DNA of 64,000 nucleotides from positions 10,482,243-10,546,242 of the forward strand of contig CAVNZM010000009.1 of NCBI GenBank assembly GCA_963693365.1, written 5' to 3'. The notes under the pieces were generated by a model, which worked only from the letters and a program-made list of their open reading frames with translations, was not told the DNA's origin and ran no database searches. The stretch comes from Amoebidium appalachense (Eukaryota > Protista > Ichthyosporea). Position 1 is the stretch's first letter, and each line of letters begins with the position of its first letter. Shown in pieces: positions 22,617-45,755 of the stretch. The position numbers were made by a program, and so were the translations under genes.

Positions 22617-23407
22617 GTTATTTTGTGTGGTTTAACGGAGAAGCAGAGTGCACAGATGGGTGTTATGATATACACAACACACAGACACACGGGAGAAACA
22701 CAAACGGAGAGGTGGAACGATTTCTGGGACCATATGAGATGTTTTCAACTGCTTGATTTTTATTTCAAGATGAAGTTCCTTTGTGAAATCGACAAATGCT
22801 AAGCCAATCAAAAGAACGAAAACTATGAGGGCAAATGAATTTGCTAATCCAATCAGAAAGACGAAAACTATGAGGGTAAAATAAATCGATTGGAATGCCT
22901 GTCGACACATAGAAGATAAATCGCAATCTTCTAATGAAAGTACGGAAATATTTAATAAATGAAACCACTTATGTATCTATTAGTTCACATCATATATTTA
23001 TACATGTTCTTAACATAACACGTCTAAATATAAGCATCCCTAATAGCTGGGGAGCATAGAGCAATTCTACGTTGTGGGAAAAGAAGGAAAAGGAATGAGG
23101 ATAGAAAGGAATGGAATGGGAACGGAATCGAGTAGAATGAAGGAGGAATGTAGGTTTCTATATTTGGGAAAATTAAACGAGATCTGATTGGACAACTTAT
23201 TTAGACATTAACGCAAACAACATTACATGTGCGCGGGCCAAATGGCTCGATGTGTACACAGATCAAAGATATCTGTGCACACGGAAGCGGAAAGGAAAGA
23301 AAGAAAGGAAGAAAGGAAAAGGGAAAAGGAAACGAACAACAACAAACTAATAAACATGTGTATAACTCAACTTCTAAGTTCTTGCCGTTAACCATGGGTA
23401 GATGGCA
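22617..23407 (+). mobile_element. Dispersed ~780-bp repeat, copy A (decayed TE fragment)
   Basis: A highly similar reverse-complement copy lies at 52396-53179 (e.g. GTGTGGTTTAACGGAGAAGCAGAGTGCACAGATGGGTGTTATGATATACAC...CTTGCCGTTAA). It contains a remnant RFLGPYE resembling the GPY/F motif of Gypsy-type integrases. Confidence 0.75.
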
Positions 23408-23819
23408 GGGAGGGGGGGGGGGGGGGGGGGGGGGGAGGGGAGGGAGTGGTTGGGAGGGAGTTTTAGACGGAGAGGGGGGACTGACTATGTAAAAGTTTTT
23501 CTTGAGCAACCTTGGAAATGTGGATGTGACCAAAACTATGCATCCCAAGGGTGTCTGCCTGCTCGCAGACAGTGTAACTAACCACGACGTGCTGCACAAC
23601 ACAAAATGTGTTCAAGTTTGATGGTCTGGTCACCCCATCATGCCCTGTTAGCATCGTGAGTGTACTATCAAATATTTGTGTTGTCTGATTGTGGGACCGT
23701 GCCCGGTAGACGAGTCTAAATACAGCCTTATCCCTTAAATTCACTGTGTTTCCCTATAGCGCAACGTGCCATGATCGTACATACTCCCAAAAAGGAGGTA
23801 GACCCATATCTGGTGAATA

Positions 23820-24176
23820 CCCATTCATTCAATTGCACCACTTGGTGTCATGAGTGGTTGACTTGTACGTGTTCCGCCTCAACAAACTATGCATTTTCGT
23901 CCACATTATAAGCAAACATCACAGACTGTTGGTTGTCGGATAGTACGGGGTTTCGAAACGTTTCAAAGATTACCGTTGCAACCGCGAATTCCTCCGTACA
24001 TACTGCTTCAACCATGACTGACAAACCGTCGTACATCAACCTTCCGCAATGGAATCCGTCCGAGGAGAAAGACGACAAGCGCCTCAACTACTTTGAATGG
24101 GAACCCCTCATCCACCGCTTCATCCGAACCACAATTGCTGAGAAGTTTGTCGACGACATCAAGGCACAGCAGTGGA
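23820..24176 (+). mobile_element. 5' fragment of an LTR retrotransposon: possible LTR end, tRNA-Leu-like PBS and gag-like N-terminus
   Basis: ...GCACCA-CT-TGGTGTCATGAGTGG (23843-23857) resembles tRNA-Leu primer sites (TGGTGTCAGrAGTGG). It is followed by a CpG-rich ORF MTDKPSYINLPQWNPSEEKDDKRLNYFEWEPLIHRFIRTT with an NYxxW motif typical of gag starts. Confidence 0.5.
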
Positions 24177-24325
24177 TTATCGGCTCCACTGCTGTGCCTT
24201 GATGTCGTCGACAAACTTCTCAGCAATTGTGGTGCGGATGAAACGATGGATGAGTGGTTCACACTCGAAGTAGTTGAGACGCTTCTCATCTTCTTTTCGG
24301 ACGGATTCGGACGGATTCCATTGCG
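24045..24325. repeat. Long inverted repeat (hairpin) with an 8-nt loop
   Basis: Left arm 24045-24176, loop TTATCGGC 24177-24184, right arm 24185-24325. The inner 49 bp are perfectly complementary and the outer part is diverged. Confidence 0.95.
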
Positions 24326-25188
24326 AGCACCCATGAGCATACCATCGACTTACTTGTGGTTTGATTGTGGGACATTTGGTCTAATACACATTACATGCGG
24401 GCCTCGGAATCAAACTTTCGTTCTTAATAGTGCTGACGGCCAGCAATTCTTGAGCAATTCTTGAGCGCCCTCCTTGTGTGTATGTGTGTCCGGGAGGGAA
24501 GGGGGGGGGGAGGGGGGGAGGCCTAGGCACTTCAGATTTACAATTACACTGTAATTTTATATAATCACTCTCCTATCTTGGCTCTTAGACTAGCTGTAGC
24601 TTATTTCTCTTGCAGTTTTGAATTTTATCGATGCAACTTATCTCCATTTCCGAAAGTTTCCATTTTTCAATTGAAGAATTTGGTGAAGAGGGGAGAGGGG
24701 GGAGGGGGGAGTGGCAGGAGGAGGAGGAAGGGTGGATAACAACACAGATTTTCAATACCACTCCTGCTCGGAACATGGTTTGTGCAAAGTACCCACACAT
24801 ATCACATTTACGGTGTACACACATGCACATGCGCAAAGCGCGTTGTTGTTGTTGTTGTAGTTGCCTAAAGAAGGGGAGGACGGGAGGGAGGGGAGGGGGA
24901 GATGGAGTTGAGTGTGTGTGTGGGGGGGGGGGGGGGAGGGGGGGGGGGGGGGGGGGGGGGGGGGCGGGTGGTTGACGCTTTTCAAATCGGATCATGGCAG
25001 CACATTTCAGATTCAAAGAGCAGGTTCAGGCAGATGCAAACCTGATCTTTGCTCGCACCAATCGGTGCCATCATGCGGAATAGTATCGGATCAATAAACA
25101 CAAAGTGTGCACTGAACAGAAAGAATGTGTGTGTGTGTGCCACGGTGTGTGGGTGTGTGAGTGAGTGTGTGTGTGTGTGTGTGTGTGT

Positions 25189-25260
25189 CAGGTACGAAGG
25201 TACCTACAGGTACGAAGGTACCTACAGGTACGAAGGTACCTACAGGTACCTACGGTACCT
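25189..25260. repeat. 18-bp tandem repeat CAGGTACGAAGGTACCTA x3 plus partial copies
   Basis: Directly visible, immediately after a (GT)n tract. Confidence 0.9.
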
Positions 25261-25764
25261 TCCTAGGGGACATTGTCAATCAACTTGCCAAACTCTTGCA
25301 CACACTACGAAAGGTTTGCAGCAGTATACATGTGATTATTGTATTAGGGTGCTGCAGATACAGCTGCCAGTTTTCTCGATAGCTTTCACTGGCACTCACA
25401 ATGTTGGATTTGTGGGTGACCACCCTAGTGTGAAACCGTCGAAACACAACACCAAATTTGCACAGTGCATGTATGTGCAAGGTTGATGTTGTTGCCACCC
25501 CTCTGTGCCTGTTTGCACCCATGGCATTAAGGCATGATCGGCAGAAAGTTTATTATTGGATAGTGGGAGGAATCCGGAACTGGATAGCTATAGAGCATTT
25601 TATGAAAACCAGCTAACGAGAATGTAAGAAATTTGTTCACTCCAACCTGTACATCAAGTTGTATGCACACTCAGTGAAGTTAATATTACACAATCTTGAT
25701 GTGGAAGAGTACCGGATCCAGAAACACGATGTGTGCAACAACCGAAAAGAAGGTGTGTGTGTGC

Positions 25765-25832
<68 letters not shown>

Positions 25833-25923
25833 GTGTGTGTGGGTGGGTGGGTGGGTGCGCGCGCGTGGCGTGCATGTGCGCATGCGTGCTCGTGTGCATG
25901 TGCGTGAGTGCGCGCGTGGGTGC

Positions 25924-25994
<71 letters not shown>

Positions 25995-26057
25995 GTGTGT
26001 GTGTGTGTGTGTGTGTGTGTCTGTGTGTGTGTATCTGTGTGTATGTGTGTGTGTCAC

Positions 26058-26159
<102 letters not shown>

Positions 26160-27001
26160 GTTGTTGTTGTTTTTGTGGGTGGGCAGGTTGGTGGGTGGGG
26201 GTGGGGGGATGTCCGTTATTTATTCTTTGCACATGTCTGCCTCGTTCCTTGGCACAATGATGTAGTGTTTTAAACAGTTTGTCCGGAGGGTCAAAGAACA
26301 CACGCATGTGTGCCGAGAATGCATGCACACACTGTGGCACCCACACAAGCACTCTCCTGCAGCGCACACACACTTGCGCAAAACAAACCCTATCAACCAC
26401 AAAAGTTAAAAAGCAAGATAACCAGCACTTTACACCAAAAGCGATAAATATAAATAAACCGTGGCCAAAGTGATATGCCGTGCAGATGCACACACTGCCA
26501 CAGAGTAGGGCTTAGTAGCAGTGTACATGTTTTTTCCGCACCAGAGTTCCACTGACTTTGTAAAAGAATATATTTTTGAGCAATTTTTAAGAGGTGGCAA
26601 CCGATTACGATGCAGGCCCAAGGCGTTGCTGCACACACAGTTCGACATGTGTGCACGTGGTGGTTTGGTTACCCCACTGTGCCCTGTTAGCACTCATGAG
26701 CATACCATTAACTTATTTGAGGTTTGATTGTGGGACAAATTGGTCAAATACAGCATTACATCATGCATGCAAGTTAAACATTTTTTCATAACAACTGACG
26801 GCCAGCAATTCTAAATAGCACCCATTGTTTGTGTACCATCCTCCCATTCCCCCCCTTTTCCCTGCTTAACCTTTTTCTGAAGGTCAAAAACAGTCACAGA
26901 CATCGCCCACCCAGATGAACCTGTCCCCCCCCCCCCCCCCCCCCCCCCCCTCCCCCGGACCTCCCTCGCCCCGCACCATACAAACACACAAACACCGTAC
27001 T

Positions 27002-27080
<79 letters not shown>

Positions 27081-29684
27081 CCCACTTCCAACTCTCTCTC
27101 CCCCCCCCCCCCCCTCCCCCCCCCCCCCCCCCCCCCCTTCTCTCTCCCACCCCCCACCCCTCTCCCTACCTCCCTCTCCCCATCCCGATGCTGCCTCCCC
27201 CCCCCCCCAAATCCTCCCCAACCACCCCCTTGCGCCCTTACCCTTACTTTCCCTTACCGAATCTGCCCTCGGGCTCCCTCACCAACTCCGTCCCTCCCTC
27301 CCCCCCAGCCCCTCCTCTCCCCTCCCCGCCTCCCCACTTCACCAATCGTGGACATATGCATAAGCTTTTCTGAATACACCCACATCCTGTGTGCACACGT
27401 TAATTTAGGAGTTGCTCTTGAGTTTTTGGTGGGAGTTACTAACCGAGTCTGTCTCATGAATACTTTTTCCTTTGACTATACATGGCATTTTTCTTTTTTG
27501 GAATTGTATGATTGCCAATCACTTAATACCATAGACATCTTGCGCCACAAGGTAGACTCTATAAGTGTTTTTATCAAAAAGGCTTCCCTCTCCTCTCTCA
27601 CTCCCCCCCTTCTCCTCAGTGTTCATTCTTTCCTGTTCAGCCTGTTTCTTGTGGTCAGACACCATCCACCCAGGTGTCTCCCCCCCTCCCCCCCCCCCCC
27701 CCCCCCAACTCCCCCGAGTCGCCCCTTCTCACCACCACCACCATCACCTCGCCCTAACACAAGAAGCACTCATACACATGTACACCCACTCCCAGTGGTG
27801 GCACGCTCGAGCACACATGATCAAGCACACACACAAACACACACACGCACAGACACTACAGACTGAGTGTTGGAATTCTGCCCCCATCCCCTCCTTTTCT
27901 CTCAGACTGCTCCTCTTTCTCCCTCCTTGCCCCTCCTCTCCTCCCCCTCCCTCCCTCTCTCCCGGGGGCCCCCTCCTCACCTCTCCCTTTCCCTCCCTCA
28001 TCCCATTCTGAACCTCTCTGTCTCCCCCCCTAACTCCCCCTTCCCCCCCCCTCCCCTCTCTCTCAACCCCCTCCCCCTCTCCGTTCCCTCTGTTTCTCCC
28101 CCCCTCCCCCCCCCCCCCCTCCCCCCCTCCTTTTTCTTTCCGAGTCCCACTTTTCCCCCATACCTTCCTCTTTCACCCCTCTTTCCCCCTTTCTCTGTTT
28201 CTCGCTGAGTTATATATCTCTTAAACCCCCCCCCCCCCCCCCTAGCCTTTCGTTGACACGTACATGCATAAGTATACACTTTTCCGGCGACGCCCACATG
28301 ACCTTAGCGAGCGGCGACGAGTGCACCCATAAATCTAAGGCCGCAAAGTTGCTCGCACAGTTCTCTGAAGAGACTTGTTTTCGCATCATCAGATCGCTCA
28401 TGAACATTTATGTTGTTTGATCCCCCCCCCCCCCCCTTCGCAACTTCATTACGGTGTTGAGAAAAAAGAAAAGTGAAATTCCAATGGGTTAACGTTGCAT
28501 CGAAAGCTGCATGGAATAAAATTTCTATGTCAGAGAAATGAGGAACAGATGGAGACAAGTGAGGAAAAAGGTAGCCTGAGGGATAAACACGGTGTAACTG
28601 TAAATCTGCCAGGAAGTGCCGCACCAGTCATGCGTGCGCATGCCCTGGAGATTTAAACATGCAACGTGGCATGCCCCCTATAACGATCAGAGCATGCATG
28701 CCACCTTGTTTCCCAGTGCTGTTTACATCTTTTTTGGTAAACACATAAATGTGAACAGCAAGAACCGTTCACAAACTAAAATAACGGCTGAAAGGTGAAT
28801 TCGACCATCTCTCTCTCTCTCTCTTTTTTTTGCACAATGTAGTATTTGGGGGTTACCGAGGGAATTAAACGCCGTCTGCACACAAGGTGGTAGAACGTGT
28901 GCAAGTTTGATTGTATGATTACCCCACTGTACCTTGTTTTCACCCAAAAAATACATATTGCCTGGCTGCTACTGCTTGATTGTGGGACAATTTTAATGGG
29001 CAATCGAACATAGCATCATGCAAACCAGTCAGCCAGAGAATCTAAGAATTATGGATCTGAACCGTACCTTGGCACATGGTGTTTGCAAACAACCGATATT
29101 CTGCCAATAATTCGCAGGTCACTTTTCAGCGGGACCTTACATTTTCACTCCTGCACAAAAATATTCGTAGTGTTGATCTTTTTATTTGTATTCGTACATA
29201 CAATCAAGGTGTAGCTTCTTTAATACGATGTTCCCACATATGGACAAAAACTTCAGCATAGCTAGCCTACACACAGCAACATTTACCTGAAGTCTCCTAG
29301 TGTGTGGCTGGTGCGATACAAGCAGGAAAATCGAGTCAGAACCGTCTCATCAATACACCACACAGGAAGTAAAGACACATACCAGCCGTGGGCGTTCTAC
29401 TACTATATATAGCATTCATGTATGTTGGTCATACTGTGTTGCTTGTCTTGCACGCTTCATTGTGTGTGTGCGCGCACGTGTGCATGTGCGTGTGTGTGTG
29501 TGCAACTTGGCAAGCGCGCACGTGTCGCGCACATTAGAAATTCAGGGTGTGAACCAGCACAAGCCCTTTACAGAATCCACACTCCCACACTATTCCATAC
29601 AAAACATCCCTCCCACAACCCATCGCACCCAAGAACTCATCACCTAAGAAACACGTGTCACCCACATGTCTTTTCTTCCACCTT

Positions 29685-32654
<2,970 letters not shown>

Positions 32655-33776
32655 GTTCACGGTGGGAAGGGGGCGGAGTGTGCTTGTGGATGAGTTTTGC
32701 ACGTACAGGCGTGTTTGTGCACGTATGTGCGTGTGAGTGAGAGAGGATGGAACGGACACGTTTGTGAGGAAAGGAATTGTTCAGGTTGTGCAGTTCTGAT
32801 GACTCGAAATGAGCACAGCTCTGTGTAGAAAAAAGGGCCAGCTATTTGTTGTGTGTATGCGCGTGGTAGTACTGTCGCCTATGCAGTGTGCGGCCATAAA
32901 GCGCTTGCGTTCTAGCAGAGCTTTACTGTGTGTGCCTTCTCTTCTAGGCTAGGCTCGATGATGAAATAGAATACAGCGCACTTCGGATCCACGGTTGCGG
33001 TTACCCTGCAAATGAAAAAGTGAAGCATGTGTCCACTGGTAGTTGAATCTCATGGAATGACGTCACAGTGAGCAGGGCCCTGGGGGGGACGACCGGCCAC
33101 GTCAGCTGTCACAGTGTGCGGCAACTTGTGCCGGTTCAGAGTGTCAATCATGCAATAACGCCTGAAAAGCCTGAGCAATGTTACGTCGAAAGAAAAAACA
33201 GAATGAATGTTTATAAGGTCGTTTTATTTCTTTCCCCGCTCCTATTCTGGCGGCTTTGTACCTTGTGTTCCTCTGAATCCAGACCTCTCCAAGAAACGCC
33301 GGCCGGCCGGCATCGGGGATCTTACCATGCGTGGCCAGCGATCGGCGAAAAAAGATCATAGCAAAGTAACCTTAATAAGCTATTCGTCAGTTTTAACAGC
33401 TTCTAAAAAGACCGTGAATATCCGAGCTTTTATTCCTAGAAAAAGAATATCACGTAGGCATGTTGACAAAATTGGAAGTTACGCAGTGCGACTGGTGCTA
33501 TTTCTGCGAATCACTTCTGCCTCTGTTGTGGCTGTAGACCCAAAGTGATATCGGGTGTCTTGACGAAATTGCAAAACCTACAGCATTTGTTTCTGAGCCG
33601 CAGAGGGGTCGGAGTTCTCGTAGATAATATACTTTAGATTTCCAAAAAATAATATCTGATTATGTTTACGGTTGATGGCACCACTATAACTTATTTGTAT
33701 TCCATTTTGGTAGTCAAAGTTTCTTTTCTATATATTTTTTCTCGAAATTGGTAAGGGTGTTGCACCCCCCCCACAG

Positions 33777-41571
<7,795 letters not shown>

Positions 41572-42181
41572 GGGGCCACCACATTAGCAACTTACGCACG
41601 GGGTTAAGGGGTGCAAAAAAATGTGTTGTGTAGATGAAAGCGCCCATGTGTTAGGTAGTCCGAGAGTTGCCATGTGTAGAGGCACCGTGTGTGTATGTGT
41701 GTGTGTGTGTGTACGGTGTACACATGAGTGTGTGTGTACAGTGTGGGTGTGTAAAATACTTGTGTGTATGTGTGCGTCACGCAGTGTTAACTTTGAAGAC
41801 TCTAGTGCAGCTGTGTACCACGTTGTGGAATTTTGTGCTAGATGTGCGTGTGTGTGTCTGTTTGTGTGTGGATTTGCGCGTGAGTGTGTCACTGACAGTG
41901 TGTGCCAACATGTATGAATAGATGTAGTAACTGACATTGTGTTCTGGCGATTGTATCACGCGTGCAATGTGCTTGATTCAAAGAAAGGAAAGCTTTAAAA
42001 AACCCTGACTTGCCGTGATCCTCCCCCCCCCCCCCCCGTCGTCCTCCCATTTGTAAGTTCTGAACCCCTGTTACAGGGGTGGTGCACAATTAAGATAATT
42101 CACCTATAAGATTCTAGGGTCTAGATTGTTTTTAAAAAAATAAGATTTTAGAGTCTACCGAGGCTGTGAGAAAATTCAGAT

Positions 42182-42213
<32 letters not shown>

Positions 42214-42641
42214 AAGGGTTTGCTTCCAGGCGGGTTGCACAAATATATCTGGCAGATAATAGCAGCCTGAGTTTTCTTGGTTTCCTCCATCAAAACATCC
42301 AAGGCGAAAAAATAAAAAAAAAAACCCGTCATGTGTGTTCCGCCGGGATCCTGGCACAAGCAAGTCTGAGAGAGAGACTGTGTATGGGTTTGGATGCATG
42401 TGCGTGCGTATGCACCTGTTTGCGCGCATGCGTGTGTGTGTGTTTTTGGTGTGTGTGTGTGTGTGTGTGTGTAACAGTACAGTGTGTGTGTATGTGTGTG
42501 TGTGTGTGTGTGCGTGTGCGTGTGTGCGTGTGTATGTGCCCACGCGCACGCGTACGCGCTTTAAAGAAATAAAAAAAACGGTCTTGGATATGATTATATC
42601 AACACACGAACACAAGCAGTTGTTAAACTGACAACAGAACA

Positions 42642-42689
<48 letters not shown>

Positions 42690-42833
42690 AACTTCCAATC
42701 TAATCATACACTCAAGCTGTGTGATCATGAGAACTTTTAATAAATAGTAGTGGTATCAGATGCATACATTTTGAGAATCAAATACTCTACTCACTAAGGT
42801 CCTCTACTTTGGGACCAAAATGCATCACACATC

Positions 42834-42874
<41 letters not shown>

Positions 42875-42919
42875 TGGGGAAGGAGGCACGGGGGGAGGTG
42901 GGGGCGGGGTACAAGTACA

Positions 42920-43182
42920 TCATGCGTTTGTCACGATGTATACTAGCCATGGACGACCAGCTTCTGAAAGAGAATTATGCCCCATCGGATGGGGTCCCAG
43001 GCCTGGGGGGGGGGGAGGGGGAGGGGGGGGGTTAAGATATTGAACCCTACCGCCCATAAACCTTAAAATTCTAGACTCTACCCCCCATTTACCTGTTATC
43101 TTGATAGTGAACCACCCCTGTACACAGCTTGCGTCCCTTCCTGGATCACATGGACGACACCTGCGTAAATGCCTTTCCAAAC
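42920..43182 (-). pseudogene. Possible decayed fragment of an erlin/SPFH-like gene
   Basis: Exon-like 43182-43093 (CAG|...|GTAAAT) reads YAGVVHVIQEGTQAVYRGGSL, resembling the erlin N-terminal pattern IHKIEEGHxAVYYRGGAL. The next exon-like piece reads GLGPHPM...VTNA*C versus GPGYHIM...VKNVPC. It contains stops and frameshifts. Similarity judged by eye only. Confidence 0.3.
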
Positions 43183-43886
43183 CTGCAATAAATGTTTTAG
43201 GCTCATGTTTCATTGAAACCGGGTTCCGATTTCTGTTCTTGTCGAAGTCAGTGACCCCTTATGTTGATACAATCAGGGTGAATGTTAAATGGTTCTGACG
43301 TATAGCTAACGGTGGCACAGATCATGCTGAATGCACAAGTAATGATTATAAATACAGCATTGTATGCATCTGCAGGACCAAGGTTAGCCCACCTGAAGGC
43401 GCCTGCGGTGCTCATTGCAGAGTGTTTTGGTGATGGTAACAGGACGGTGGGTAGGGCCGAAGTTACAGTAAAAAGGTGTTGGCACATGTGCGGGCACACT
43501 GGCAGACACAGTAGAGGAGGTACTAGGAGAGATGAAGAAAATAAATGCAATGTGTTGGTGGGGGGTGGAGGGCAGGGGCCCAGTTTTTGAATCCTAGGCA
43601 TGAAGCATACACATGTGGTTACTACTGAGGATGGATGCATGGGTTCTGTGTGGTTATAGTATCTTTGGCATATGTAAGTTTTAGAAGACATCTGCTTCTA
43701 CGACAATCTGTACTTAATGCTTGACTTGACCAATTTTCTTACTGGACTCAAAACGTGACTGTAGTGAGTTACTGTATGAATTATAGTCCACTTTGGGCTT
43801 AGTATTAATCAAGGCCTTTTCATTGCAGCATCTGGCAAACAAAAAAGCCTTATATGTAGTTACGTCTGCGTGCCCCAGCCCCCCCT

Positions 43887-43923
<37 letters not shown>

Positions 43924-44130
43924 ACCAACACACACCCACCCGCCCACCCATTACCACTATGTACCAGAACGTACCAAAATCTCCAAAACCCCCATTGGCA
44001 ACCCCAACAAACCCACGTGCACCCACCTTGGGTCATAGACCTCTTTCAATCAGTAATGATTGCTCCAATTGCAATTGCAGCTCGTAGTGCCATTGTGACT
44101 GCACAGGTCATAGTAGACTGTTGTAGTAGT

Positions 44131-44334
44131 ATTAGTGCAATGTATATACATCGGATATCCTATAGTATAGTGCAATGTATATACATCGGATATCCTATGT
44201 ATAGTGCAATGTATATACATCGGATATCCTATGTATAGTGCAATGTAATTACATCGGATATACATATGACATACGCTTTACGACATCCATAAACCCTATG
44301 GATGTCGTAAAGCGTATATCCAATGTATATACAT
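44131..44334. repeat. 34-bp tandem repeat (about 4 copies) of palindromes followed by a perfect 21-bp hairpin
   Basis: Unit ATAGTGCAATGTATATACATCGGATATCCTATGT. Hairpin ATACGCTTTACGACATCCATA-AACCC-TATGGATGTCGTAAAGCGTAT at 44271-44317. Confidence 0.92.
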
Positions 44335-44496
44335 AAGACGCTCCGTTTACCCCATGGAACTCTTTACACTATCGTAAAGACGTCGTGCAACCACTCCATA
44401 TGAACTCGCGGTGTGCTTTACGATGGGTGACAGGTTTACGCCATCGGAGATGGCATTACGAGGGATATACGATCCCCGGTGGAGATTGCTGATGCG

Positions 44497-45674
44497 TCCG
44501 TGCCCTCCTTGCCATCGGTGTGGACGGCAACCATGAGATTCATCAACTCGACGTCTCCACGGCCTTCCTCAACAGTCCTCTTCAAGAAGACATCTACATT
44601 GAGCCACCACCTGGCTTCATCACCCCCGGCAACGAGCACAAGGTCTGGAAACTCAAGAAGGCACTCTACGGCCTCAAACAGGCATCACTGGCATGGTATG
44701 AGTACTTCGACAAGGTCCTCCTTGCTCACGGTCTCGAACGTCGCCGTTCAGATCCATGTGTCTACATCAAGTCCTTCCCCAACGGTGACATCATCCTCAC
44801 TGGCAACTATGTGGACGACGTCATCATCATCTGCACGGCCAACTCCTCCCACACCAAGGATCTAGTAGACCACATCATGAAGTCAGCTCTCTGCAAGGTC
44901 GACCTCCCCGACATCTTCCTCGGCACCCAGCTCATCCACACCCCCGGTCACCTCAAGCTGCTTCAACAGTCCTACATCAACGACATCGTCAGAGACTTCA
45001 ACCTCAACGATGCTCACCCCAAGGCTACTCCCATTCCCGTCGGCACCGTCATCACCATCAACGAGAACGACTCACTATCCATCAAGGTTCCATACCGTGA
45101 ACTCCTTGGCCGTCTTTTGTGGGTTGCTCGTTGTTCCCGGCCCGACATCTCCTTTGCCATCGGCTACCTCGGCAGATTCAGTGCCAACCCCACCAAACTT
45201 GCATGGGAATGTCTGCTCCGTGTAGTTCGGTACCTCATCGGCACATCCAATTGGGCCTCCACTACGACTGCATCCGACGACAACACCCCCTTGCTGGAGT
45301 GTTATTCTGATGCCGACTTTGCTAACTGCCCCAACACCCGTCGTTCAACCACCGGATACGTCATCTTCTTCAAGGGCATCCCCATCACATGGTATTCAAA
45401 GCTACAGTCCATCACGGCAACACCCACCACCGAGGCTGAGCTTCTGGCCATCAATGCTGCTGTTCAAAACGTAATCTGGCACCGTGATCTCCTCCGTGAA
45501 CTCGGCTACCCGATGACCGACCCCACCCCCGTCTACTGTGACAACCAGTCCACCATTGCCCTCCTGCACACCAACAGCATCAAGCACCGGACCAAACGAA
45601 TTGCCGTCCGGTACCACAACACGAAAGACTACATCAAGAGTGGGGATGTGGTCGTCACCTACGTGTCCAAAGAC
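44497..45674 (+). mobile_element. Truncated Ty1/Copia pol fragment (RT + RNase H), a different family from the adjacent full element
   Basis: HQLDVSTAFLN, LKKALYGLKQA, YVDD, SRPDISFA, YSDADFA...RRSTTGY, TEAE, CDNQST. Homology stops at VVVTYVSKD, before the ADxxTK motif. No gag, integrase or LTR attached. Confidence 0.93.
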
Positions 45675-45755
45675 CGGGCCCCAAGGCCCTGCCCGGGCCC
45701 TCCAACGAGCAGCACCGTGCTTCCCTCAGTCTTCGTGACTGAGTGTGCCCCCCCC

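Noticed and set aside
25189-25260. RYEGTY peptide repeat
   Set aside because: It is a short DNA tandem repeat in non-coding context, with no supporting exon structure.
44131-44265. CRISPR-like array (34-bp palindromic repeats)
   Set aside because: The units are directly tandem with no unique spacers, there are no cas genes, and the context is eukaryotic.
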